Assembly (NCBI GenBank): GCA_022842645.1
Contig: JALHPE010000002.1
Coordinates: forward strand, 149,047 to 213,046
DNA: 64,000 nucleotides
From: Minisyncoccota bacterium
GTDB lineage: Bacteria; Patescibacteriota; Minisyncoccia; Phycocordibacterales; UBA2100
Reading direction: 5' to 3'
Shown here: piece after piece, positions 1 through 8,413 of the stretch
Layout: the number at the start of each line of letters is the position of its first letter
Numbering within the stretch: position 1 is the stretch's first letter
Notes under the pieces: generated by a model
What the model saw: only the letters and a program-made list of their open reading frames with translations
The model's database searches: none
Told to the model about the DNA's origin: nothing
Program-made: the position numbers and the translations under genes

Positions 1-743
<743 letters not shown>

Positions 744-785
744 TCATATGCTCCGAGCGCAGCGGTGATATAAATATATAAACGT

Positions 786-1721
786 TTAGAGTGAAATTGT
801 CTCGCCGTAGGTGGCGGTATAGCGTTCTGCTAGATCGGTCTTTGAGAAGCGATGGGCTTGGGTGCCGGCCTTTTCCACACAATAGGCGGCTGTTGCGCTT
901 CCGAGCTGCGCGCACTTCTGTGGTGCCCAGCCAAGGGTCATGCCTTTTATGTAGCCGGCGCGGTAGGCGTCCCCTGCGCCAGTCGGATCAATCACTTCTT
1001 TTGCAAAAACCGGCTTCACAAGTGTCTCTCCTTCCCTTGTGATGACACGAGAGCCCTGAGCACCAAGCGTTACGATAAGAGTCTTGGCTACACGCAGTAT
1101 CTCTGGCTCCCTCCACCCCGTTGCTACTTTGATAAGTTCGAATTCGTAATCGTTGACGAAAACTACTTCGGCGTCGGTTATGCCATTACGTATATCGTCT
1201 GCTGTCAGAGCGGGTATCGATTGCCCGGGGTCAAACAGGAAGCGAGAACCATAGCCACGGTAGATATCCGGGAGGGCGCGGATATCGTCGATACATCCGG
1301 CGGAAATGAGGGCAATTGCATTCTCTCCCGGATTTACATCGCCATAGGGCACCGCCCCAGCACCCGGATGGAACGCGGCAATCTGGTTGTCCCCCTTATC
1401 GGTCACGATATAGGCAAACGAGGTCTTCTTTCCTTGATCAACATGAATACTCTTCGTAGAGATCCCTACCGACTCAAGGTATTTTTGGTACCGCTCAAAA
1501 TCATTCCCCACTGTTGCAAGAATAGTAGGCTTCTCGCCAAGAAGCGCGAGTGAATATGCCACGTTCGCCGCGGTGCCGCCGAAATGCTCGTCGTGATCAG
1601 GCACAAAAAAACTAACGTTGATGTTGTGCAGTTTCTCGGGTAAAAAATGATCCTTGAAAAACCCAGGAAGATCCATGATGTGGTCGTAGGCGATGGAGCC
1701 GGAGAGAAAAATGGAGGACAT
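786..1721 (-). CDS. PfkB-family carbohydrate/nucleoside kinase (adenosine kinase-like)
   Basis: GSIAYD, GGTAANVAY and DPTGAGDAY PfkB motifs; adjacent to ahcY; start trimmed to MSSIFLSG. Confidence 0.9.
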   Translation of the reverse strand: MSSIFLSGSIAYDHIMDLPGFFKDHFLPEKLHNINVSFFVPDHDEHFGGTAANVAYSLALLGEKPTILATVGNDFERYQKYLESVGISTKSIHVDQGKKTSFAYIVTDKGDNQIAAFHPGAGAVPYGDVNPGENAIALISAGCIDDIRALPDIYRGYGSRFLFDPGQSIPALTADDIRNGITDAEVVFVNDYEFELIKVATGWREPEILRVAKTLIVTLGAQGSRVITREGETLVKPVFAKEVIDPTGAGDAYRAGYIKGMTLGWAPQKCAQLGSATAAYCVEKAGTQAHRFSKTDLAERYTATYGETISL

Positions 1722-1826
1722 GGGAGAAAGTATAAGTTTCAGCACTTATTTTGCCTATTCTTGAAAACGTGTTATAGTAAAAAAAGTGCATGCGTATCAA
1801 CCGACTCAGCAAAAAGGATTAAACTG

Positions 1827-2153
1827 ATGCTAAGCGAACTCGAACGAAAGCGTTTTCTGCGCATAGCTAATCGAATCGGGGCAAATCTTTCGAATTACGA
1901 AGAAGGAATGCGACAGATCAACGGCTCTGTGGCAGAACTACACCGACTCGTCGGCGATTACGCCGAGCGCCTCAGAAAAGTACCGGGAGCGGATACGCTC
2001 GCAATAGATCAGATCATTGCAGAGTCGGAGGCCGCTTTTCGTGTATTCGAAGATCCTAAAGTAATACCAGCACTTGATGCTGTACTTCTGACGTTTGGAG
2101 ATTCCGCGGAAACTCTTGCAAAAATGACCTCGGCAATTCCCACAGACGAGTAA
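1827..2153 (+). CDS. hypothetical helical protein
   Basis: ORF MLSELERKRF... preceded by AAAGGA; fills the intergenic space. Confidence 0.6.
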   Translation: MLSELERKRFLRIANRIGANLSNYEEGMRQINGSVAELHRLVGDYAERLRKVPGADTLAIDQIIAESEAAFRVFEDPKVIPALDAVLLTFGDSAETLAKMTSAIPTDE

Positions 2154-2211
2154 ACTTGTCGTGTCGCTACTTGATTGTGGCGACACGATCTTTTTAATAC
2201 ACTCTCGATAT

Positions 2212-2835
2212 ATGGAAACGCACCATTTCTCAGACTCCCTTTCTTTCCTTGCAAAGTATCCGTGTTTTAAAGCCCTCATCAAAAAACACGGACATCCCGA
2301 TCTTTCCGATTACTTTCCCAAAACCGGTGGTGTATTTGGATCCATTGTACGATCCATCACCTATCAACAGATTTCCGGCAAAGCCGCTGGGGCGATTTAT
2401 GCGCGGTTCGCCAAACTCTTCCCCCGCAAAACACCAACTCCAGACAGGCTTTTGAAGCTTTCCGAAGCACAACTTCGTGCCTGTGGATTCTCTACTCAAA
2501 AAATAAAATACCTGCGCGATGCGGCGATTAAATTTTCTGACGGCACGATAAACCCCAAGCGTTTCCCAAAGATGACAAGCGAGGAAATTATCGAACATTT
2601 CGTGCAAATACACGGTGTTGGCGTTTGGACGGCACACATGGTGCTTATTTTCACCCTGCACCGCTTGGATATCCTACCAACGGGTGATCTTGCTATTCGC
2701 AAAGGGTTTCAAAAAGTGTATCGACTCAAGTCACTTCCCTCTCCTGCGGAAATGGAAAAACTTGCACGTCCCTGGCGCGCCCATGCCTCAGTCGCTTCTT
2801 GGTATTTGTGGCGGGTGGTGGATGAAAAAAAATAA
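2212..2835 (+). CDS. DNA-3-methyladenine glycosylase II (AlkA/HhH-GPD family)
   Basis: QQISGKAA, HhH-like IHGVGVWTA, D-LAIRKG and WRAHAS-ASWYLW motifs. Confidence 0.9.
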   Translation: METHHFSDSLSFLAKYPCFKALIKKHGHPDLSDYFPKTGGVFGSIVRSITYQQISGKAAGAIYARFAKLFPRKTPTPDRLLKLSEAQLRACGFSTQKIKYLRDAAIKFSDGTINPKRFPKMTSEEIIEHFVQIHGVGVWTAHMVLIFTLHRLDILPTGDLAIRKGFQKVYRLKSLPSPAEMEKLARPWRAHASVASWYLWRVVDEKK

Positions 2836-2857
2836 GAATGACTGTAAAGAGCGAATG

Positions 2858-3550
2858 TCAGATCTCTTTGTCTTTTAAAATGGATGATTCACTATCGCTT
2901 AATAAGCCGTCTTTCATCCAAATAACTCGATCTACATATTTTTTATCTTCTGGCTCATGGGTAATCATGAGGATGGTTTGTTCCAGTTCTTTGTTGAGTT
3001 TTTGAAACAGTTTTAACACAACTACAGAGGCTTCAGTGTCGAGATTCGCCGTCGCCTCGTCTGCAAAAAGCACCTCGGGGTCATTGATAAGCGCGCGAGC
3101 GATTGCGACACGTTGCTGCTCACCCCCTGAAAGTTCTTTCGGATAATGATCGAGACGGTGTCCGAGACCAACAAGACCGAGAAGTTTCGTGGCCTTGTCT
3201 TTATCCCACACTCCCCCATGAAGCACCGAGGCCGGAAAACCGACATTTTCCAAGGCGGTGAATTCCGCAATAAGCGCATATTCTTGAAACACATAGCCAA
3301 GTCGTTGTAAGCGAAATTGTGTTTTTTCTTCATCAGAAAGATGCAATACATCCGTGCCACCGATGCGGATAGAACCTGCCGTTGGCGTGTCAATAAGTCC
3401 GAGCTGATGAAGGAGCGTTGATTTACCGCAACCGCTTCGCCCCATCAGAGCAACAAACTCACCCTTTTTAATATCGAACGAGACGCCGCGCAGGGCAAAT
3501 GTTGGCACTGCCCCCGGATACGTTTTTTCCAAATTTTTTACTGAAATCAT
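2858..3550 (-). CDS. ABC transporter ATP-binding protein (LolD/MacB-like)
   Basis: GRSGCGKST Walker A, LSGGEQQR signature, LFADE Walker B. Confidence 0.95.
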   Translation of the reverse strand: MISVKNLEKTYPGAVPTFALRGVSFDIKKGEFVALMGRSGCGKSTLLHQLGLIDTPTAGSIRIGGTDVLHLSDEEKTQFRLQRLGYVFQEYALIAEFTALENVGFPASVLHGGVWDKDKATKLLGLVGLGHRLDHYPKELSGGEQQRVAIARALINDPEVLFADEATANLDTEASVVVLKLFQKLNKELEQTILMITHEPEDKKYVDRVIWMKDGLLSDSESSILKDKEI

Positions 3551-3559
3551 ATGCGTGTC

Positions 3560-4780
3560 CTACCCCCAGATTGCCTGGAGGATTGATTCTTTGGTAACAA
3601 TACGCGACGGAACGAGGCCGCCAAGAAATCCCGCAATCATAAGAGCGAGCACGCTATACGAGATCTGGAACTGAGTAAGAACCAAGCTCGTGCCACCAAA
3701 TGGTAATTGGATTGGATGTACATTGAGATACGGCTGGACGATACCAAACACCAAAATCGAACCAACCGCGATACCGCACACCGCATAAAAGAGCGACTGG
3801 AGAATGTATGAGTACACGATGATTGAGGGCGTGATGCCGATTGCTCGCAAGATCCCTATCTGGCGTTTCTTATTTATGGCGTTCACATATACGAGCACAA
3901 ATATCGTCACTGTGGCAACAGCAATCGAAATAACACTCACGAAGATGCCGATCAGATTGAAGGCATTGAGCAGTGTCCCGATATCAGCAAGAAGTTCTAT
4001 ATAACTCTTAATCTCGAGTGTCGGGAAAAGTGATTGCAGTCTGTCGCGAAGCTCGTTGATTTCAATTTTTTCCTCATTCATTTTCAAGGAAATTGACGAT
4101 GCTGCATTGAACGTGCCGAGAATCGACTCGGCTTCTTGTGTACTCACAAACGCTTGTGAGTTTGCTGGACCAAGACCCGATTCGGATATCCCGACTACGG
4201 TGTATGTTCTTGTGCCGGATGAAAAGGTGACCAATACTTTGTCTCCAATAGTTACTCCTCCCAAATCTCGATCGCTCGGGCCGGATCCACCACCCGCAAG
4301 TCCCGAACCGAGAACAATCTCATCCTTTCTCAGGGGATTAAACATGCGCCCTTCTATGATCGTTTCTGCCGTCTTAAAAACGCCTGATTCTTCATCGATG
4401 TCTATACCGTTCACATTCGCGGAAACGTAGGTATATTTACCGTCTTTTTCTTTATCATAGGCAAACGAACCGTTCACACTGTATCTGCGCACCGTCGCCG
4501 TCACCCCCGGTATTGTTTCGATTTGTGCACGGACGATGTCCTGATTTTCGATAAAATCTTTCTTTGTTGGTTCCTCCTGTGGACGAACTTGTATATCGCC
4601 TGTTGCGGTAGTGCGTACGCCTTCAGTGATACTGCTCCCAAGGCCACCAAGAATGCCTGTAATGAATAATATGTTTAAGAAGGAGAAGGAAAGAATACAG
4701 ACAAGCAGTATGGCCGTGGATTTGTTGCCCTGGGTTATGGTTTTATAGGCTAAAAAGAAAGCCGAACGAAACGTTTTCAT
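3560..4780 (-). CDS. ABC transporter permease (FtsX/MacB family)
   Basis: N-terminal TM, large extracytoplasmic loop, RQIGILRAIG motif and three C-terminal TMs. Confidence 0.9.
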   Translation of the reverse strand: MKTFRSAFFLAYKTITQGNKSTAILLVCILSFSFLNILFITGILGGLGSSITEGVRTTATGDIQVRPQEEPTKKDFIENQDIVRAQIETIPGVTATVRRYSVNGSFAYDKEKDGKYTYVSANVNGIDIDEESGVFKTAETIIEGRMFNPLRKDEIVLGSGLAGGGSGPSDRDLGGVTIGDKVLVTFSSGTRTYTVVGISESGLGPANSQAFVSTQEAESILGTFNAASSISLKMNEEKIEINELRDRLQSLFPTLEIKSYIELLADIGTLLNAFNLIGIFVSVISIAVATVTIFVLVYVNAINKKRQIGILRAIGITPSIIVYSYILQSLFYAVCGIAVGSILVFGIVQPYLNVHPIQLPFGGTSLVLTQFQISYSVLALMIAGFLGGLVPSRIVTKESILQAIWG

Positions 4781-4783
4781 GAA

Positions 4784-6358
4784 TCATTTTTTTGCAAGAA
4801 TCACAAGCTCTCCCTCGCGGACGCCGCTCATAATCTCAACATTCCCACGCGCATCGTAAATTCCGGTTGTAATTTCTCGCTCTTCCTCGGTGCGACCAGA
4901 CAGTACGCTTACATATTTGAGACCATCGCGCGTCTGTATGGCCCCGGCAGGCACAAAGAGCACCCTTTCTTTTTGAGCGACCTGGATCCAGATGTTCGCA
5001 GTCATACCCGATCGTATGCGCTCATCTTTTTGGTCAAACACCACGGTCGCTTGATAGTAAATAGCACCACTAACATTTGTTTCAGCGGGATCAATATGCG
5101 AAACAGTTCCCTTCCAGTTAAGTTCGGGAAATGCCTCAAGGGAGATGCGCACGGATTGACCAACGCGCACGAGCGCAACATTATTTTCAGAAACGTTGAT
5201 GGTGATCTGGAACGTTGCATCAGGGATCATTGAGACGATGGTGTTATTCGCTGCAACATTTTCTCCCAGTTCAGCTGTAGTGTTTGTTATGGTTCCCTTG
5301 ACTGGCGCATAAATGGCATAGTCGTTTCGCTCCGCAATGACTTGCTCAAGCGATGCACGGGCTTGTGCAATCTGGCCTTCATACACCTGAATGTCCACCG
5401 GTCGTGGAGAGGAGGTTTTGGAGCGTAACTGATTTTGCGCAGTGACAAGTGATGATTCTGCAGATCGCAACGTCCCCTGATGAGCAGTTAAATTCGTAAG
5501 CGTTGTGTTTATCGTCGTTCGAGCGGTCGCAACATTGGTTTTGTACGTATCGATATTTGTCTGCGTCACTCCACCACCTACAACCGCGGCGTTTACTAAA
5601 AGCGAAAGGTCGTCAAGATAATTGGCAACCATATTGATATTTTGGATGGCTGTGTCTCCCTTCATCACTATCGAATCTAAAGTGGAGAGCGCAGCTATGT
5701 CGGTTTGCCAGGCAATAAGCATAGATTCAAGCGCAACTCGTTCATCCTCGACGTCGAGTTGAAGCTGAGAGTCCGGAACAAGAAAAAGCAGTTGGGGGTA
5801 ACTCTTGCGTGGGTTCAAGAACATAACATCCGTCTTTGTGCGCACTGCATCGTCGGCTTTTGAAAACGCATCGCGAATAGTTGCGGCGAGATTTTGTTCA
5901 GCGTTTTTGCGCGCGGCTTCTGCGGCGATCACGCTTGATTGCGTAATGGCGATATCTTCTTGCGTTGCCCCCACGATAAGTTGTTCCAGTTTTGCTTTCT
6001 GAATATCAAGCGCCGCGTCCATGCTTGCTATCTGAGATTCAATCTGACGCGCATCAAGCTGGGCTAATAGCTGCCCCTGCTCCACCGAGTCCCCGGCCGA
6101 GACGGGGATTGATTTTATTTTTCCTGCCGCCTTAAAAGCGAGACTAATATTTGACGGACTTTCAACCGCACCATTTGCAGAAACCTCTTGCGTCAGCGTG
6201 CCTTTCTCTACTGGTGCTGTGGTATACAAATCGGCGTAGAGTATTGGCTGGAGTATCAAAAAAACAATTACAAAAAGTGGTACGAAAGCGATGAATACGG
6301 TTGTCCATGTATGCGATTTAAGGTACGCAACCACACCGGTAAGTAGATTTGTGTTCAT
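4784..6358 (-). CDS. efflux periplasmic adaptor subunit (MacA/HlyD-like)
   Basis: TM anchor, lipoyl half-motifs (GDSVEQGQLLAQLD; IYAPVKGTI), long coiled coil, RSGMTA; start MNTNLL. Confidence 0.85.
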   Translation of the reverse strand: MNTNLLTGVVAYLKSHTWTTVFIAFVPLFVIVFLILQPILYADLYTTAPVEKGTLTQEVSANGAVESPSNISLAFKAAGKIKSIPVSAGDSVEQGQLLAQLDARQIESQIASMDAALDIQKAKLEQLIVGATQEDIAITQSSVIAAEAARKNAEQNLAATIRDAFSKADDAVRTKTDVMFLNPRKSYPQLLFLVPDSQLQLDVEDERVALESMLIAWQTDIAALSTLDSIVMKGDTAIQNINMVANYLDDLSLLVNAAVVGGGVTQTNIDTYKTNVATARTTINTTLTNLTAHQGTLRSAESSLVTAQNQLRSKTSSPRPVDIQVYEGQIAQARASLEQVIAERNDYAIYAPVKGTITNTTAELGENVAANNTIVSMIPDATFQITINVSENNVALVRVGQSVRISLEAFPELNWKGTVSHIDPAETNVSGAIYYQATVVFDQKDERIRSGMTANIWIQVAQKERVLFVPAGAIQTRDGLKYVSVLSGRTEEEREITTGIYDARGNVEIMSGVREGELVILAKK

Positions 6359-6380
6359 ATGCAGGCATAGTGTAATATGA

Positions 6381-6403
6381 ATTATCTTTACAGTAAAGAT
6401 AAT
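6381..6403. promoter_or_regulatory. putative MarR operator palindrome
   Basis: ATTATCTTTAC-A-GTAAAGATAAT, a perfect 11-bp inverted repeat between the divergent adaptor and MarR genes; degenerate second copy near 6431-6448. Confidence 0.65.
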
Positions 6404-6486
6404 ATGTGGACAACGCAAACCGGGGTAGACATCTCTACGGATAAAGATACTTTGAAGTCCTGCTAAAGTTGTGGAAAGATACACAT

Positions 6487-6948
6487 ATGTCAGATATATC
6501 AAACAAACGACGTGAGGTGATGGAAGGCATGAGATCGTCTAATGAGACCGCGCTTAAGTTTTTGCGCATTTCGGCGGAACGTTCGGGCCTCCACCCTACC
6601 GATATGCGATCATTAGAGTTTCTTGCAAATAAAGAGGTTGCAACGGCGGGTGAACTATCGGCGTTTCTTGGCCTTACTTCGGGCGCAACAACGGCGCTTA
6701 TAAATCGTCTTGAAAAGCTCGAGATGATTGTTCGGAACGCAGATACCCACGACAAACGCATTATTCATATCCGCACGAATCCTCACAAGGCACTCACTCC
6801 CATGCTTCTCATGGGGCGGTTTATTAAGAAATTAGAGAAGTTTTTAGAAAAATATTCGGAGTCCGAGCTTGATGTAATCGCACGATGGAATGCCGACGTC
6901 GATGCCGCGTTTAAGAAAAGCACTGAAGATCTACTCAAATCGAAATAA
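6487..6948 (+). CDS. MarR family transcriptional regulator
   Basis: GLHPTD..LEFL, TAGELS..LGLTSGATTALINRLEK and D-R wing motif; divergent from the efflux operon. Confidence 0.9.
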   Translation: MSDISNKRREVMEGMRSSNETALKFLRISAERSGLHPTDMRSLEFLANKEVATAGELSAFLGLTSGATTALINRLEKLEMIVRNADTHDKRIIHIRTNPHKALTPMLLMGRFIKKLEKFLEKYSESELDVIARWNADVDAAFKKSTEDLLKSK

Positions 6949-7199
6949 CTAACCATGCTGCACTCATATTGCCATCAAGGTGTTTCCCCTATTATCGCCC
7001 ACTCAATGGGAAGGCACTTCGCTTAGAGTCAAAAAATTGACCTGCGGAATTTTTTGAACAAATCATATACTTTGCGCGAACCTTTTTCGAGGGGCGAAGC
7101 CCCTGACTTCGCACGCGCCGCGTGCGTGGTGGCTTGAGACCGCCAAGTACGCTCCGATCGCGCTGACAAGCGCCTCGGCGTGCGCGAGGACGCGCGCTG

Positions 7200-7290
7200 C
7201 AACCCCAAACATTTCCTTTCAATTTTTTGCGGCTCCCCCCTGACCCCCCGCCGAAAAGCGAAAAACAGAGGAAAGGAAATGTTTGGGTTG
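7200..7290. repeat. long inverted repeat within a palindrome-rich intergenic element
   Basis: CAACCCCAAACATTTCCTTTC (7200-7220) against GAAAGGAAATGTTTGGGTTG (7271-7290), one indel. Confidence 0.7.
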
Positions 7291-7492
7291 CTTCGCCGTT
7301 TTGAAAACTCCACAAGGGGCAACAAAGGCAAAGCCAATGAAGCCCCTTGCTCCGTAATCAAAACGGCGATCGAGACGCTTCAATGCGGTCTGCGTAAGGC
7401 GCAGTCATATTTGTTTATGTGCCTTGCCCCACCCGCCCAGTGCGCGGCGCGAAACCCGCCGCTACGCGGCGGCTCCCTGTGGATAACTCGCC

Positions 7493-7520
7493 TTGCGGCG
7501 ACATATACGTTTCGTATAAT
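7493..7520 (+). promoter_or_regulatory. sigma70-type promoter of the RT locus
   Basis: TTGCGG (7493-7498), 16-bp spacer, TATAAT (7515-7520); DnaA-box-like TGTGGATAA at 7478-7486. Confidence 0.7.
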
Positions 7521-7534
7521 AATCGTGCGAGGCG

Positions 7535-7546
7535 GTTCTTTGAAAA
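7535..7546 (+). promoter_or_regulatory. boxA-like antitermination element
   Basis: GTTCTTTGAAAA just after the predicted TSS; resembles rrn-leader boxA. Confidence 0.5.
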
Positions 7547-7941
7547 TCAATTCAGTGTTAGCGGCTATTCAATCGAAGATTGAGATGAACGCGCAAGCGC
7601 GCATCTGACCCCTCCCAAACGCGGAGGACACATTGCCCCGGCCATGTACATGCATTCGCATCACTACGATGCAGGCATGAACGTAGTAGGCGCACACATT
7701 GTCGTTGAACGACGCAGTGATTTAGTCATGTTAGTCATCCAGGCGAAGCATGTCAGCAGTTATATAAACTGCAATATAAATTGCTAGAAGTTCAAGAGGC
7801 AGGGACTATCCAAAATCGCGGTTACCAAACTCCCGTTTTGGGTATTACCGGATGCCCCCGATCGAAATTGGTAACCGCGAGAGTAGGATATGTCCCACAA
7901 CTTTATTAGCAGTCCGTCTCGTTAGCTAATGGATGTGGCCT

Positions 7942-8085
7942 ATGAAAGACATTCGTATCTCACCTGAATTGTGGCATCCGTATCACGAGCCGGTTATCGC
8001 CTTACATGAGGTTTCTCAAGCTCTTGTGGCTTATCCTCCGGATAATCCGCATCTTGTACGACCTTTGGCGGTAATCGGCTCGTAG
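7942..8085 (+). CDS. candidate 47-aa small protein embedded in the RT-associated RNA
   Basis: MKDIRISPELWHPYHEPVIALHEVSQALVAYPPDNPHLVRPLAVIGS*; the stop is 7 nt before the HTH start; below the ORF-track cutoff. Confidence 0.35.
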   Translation: MKDIRISPELWHPYHEPVIALHEVSQALVAYPPDNPHLVRPLAVIGS

Positions 8086-8092
8086 TCTTCCC

Positions 8093-8413
8093 ATGTATTC
8101 ATTCCCAGAACTAATCAAAAAAATACGAGAAGCGGCCGGCATGACGCAGGCCGATTTTGCGCGGGCGCTCGGCGTATCCGCCGTGCTAATTGCAATGGTG
8201 GAAACTGGGCAAAAAGAGGTTTCTAAAAATTTGCTTCGCAAAATTGCCGAGCAGTTAGATGTGCATCCGTCCTCCATAACACCTTTCCTGTTCGCGGATG
8301 AGAAAAAAGATACCCTGTCGCCAGTCGAGAAAAAGTTTATTCAGTGGGGCGAGCAACTACAGGAGCATTTGATAAAAGACCGTGCAAAACTTCTCAAAAA
8401 CCATGCGGCGTAG
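8093..8413 (+). CDS. XRE/Cro-family HTH protein
   Basis: IKKIREAAGMTQADFARALGVSAVLIAMVETGQK, a classic HTH_3 pattern; overlaps the RT start. Confidence 0.9.
   Translation: MYSFPELIKKIREAAGMTQADFARALGVSAVLIAMVETGQKEVSKNLLRKIAEQLDVHPSSITPFLFADEKKDTLSPVEKKFIQWGEQLQEHLIKDRAKLLKNHAA

Larger units (their letters stand above)
7527..8085 (+). ncRNA. putative RT-associated structured RNA (retron msr/msd-like or hybrid RNA)
   Basis: Lies between the promoter and the HTH-RT genes. Stems 7816-7828/7868-7880 (13 bp perfect), 7802-7811/7886-7896 and 7985-8001/8067-8083 (17 bp with 2 G-U), plus many small hairpins. Confidence 0.7.

Noticed and set aside
6992-7608. ORFs 6992-7315, 7029-7361 and 7180-7608
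   Set aside because: Overlapping frames across palindromic DNA and the RT promoter, with no protein-like features.
8002-8277. Antisense 91-aa ORF over the HTH gene
   Set aside because: Shadow of the HTH coding strand; no independent signals.
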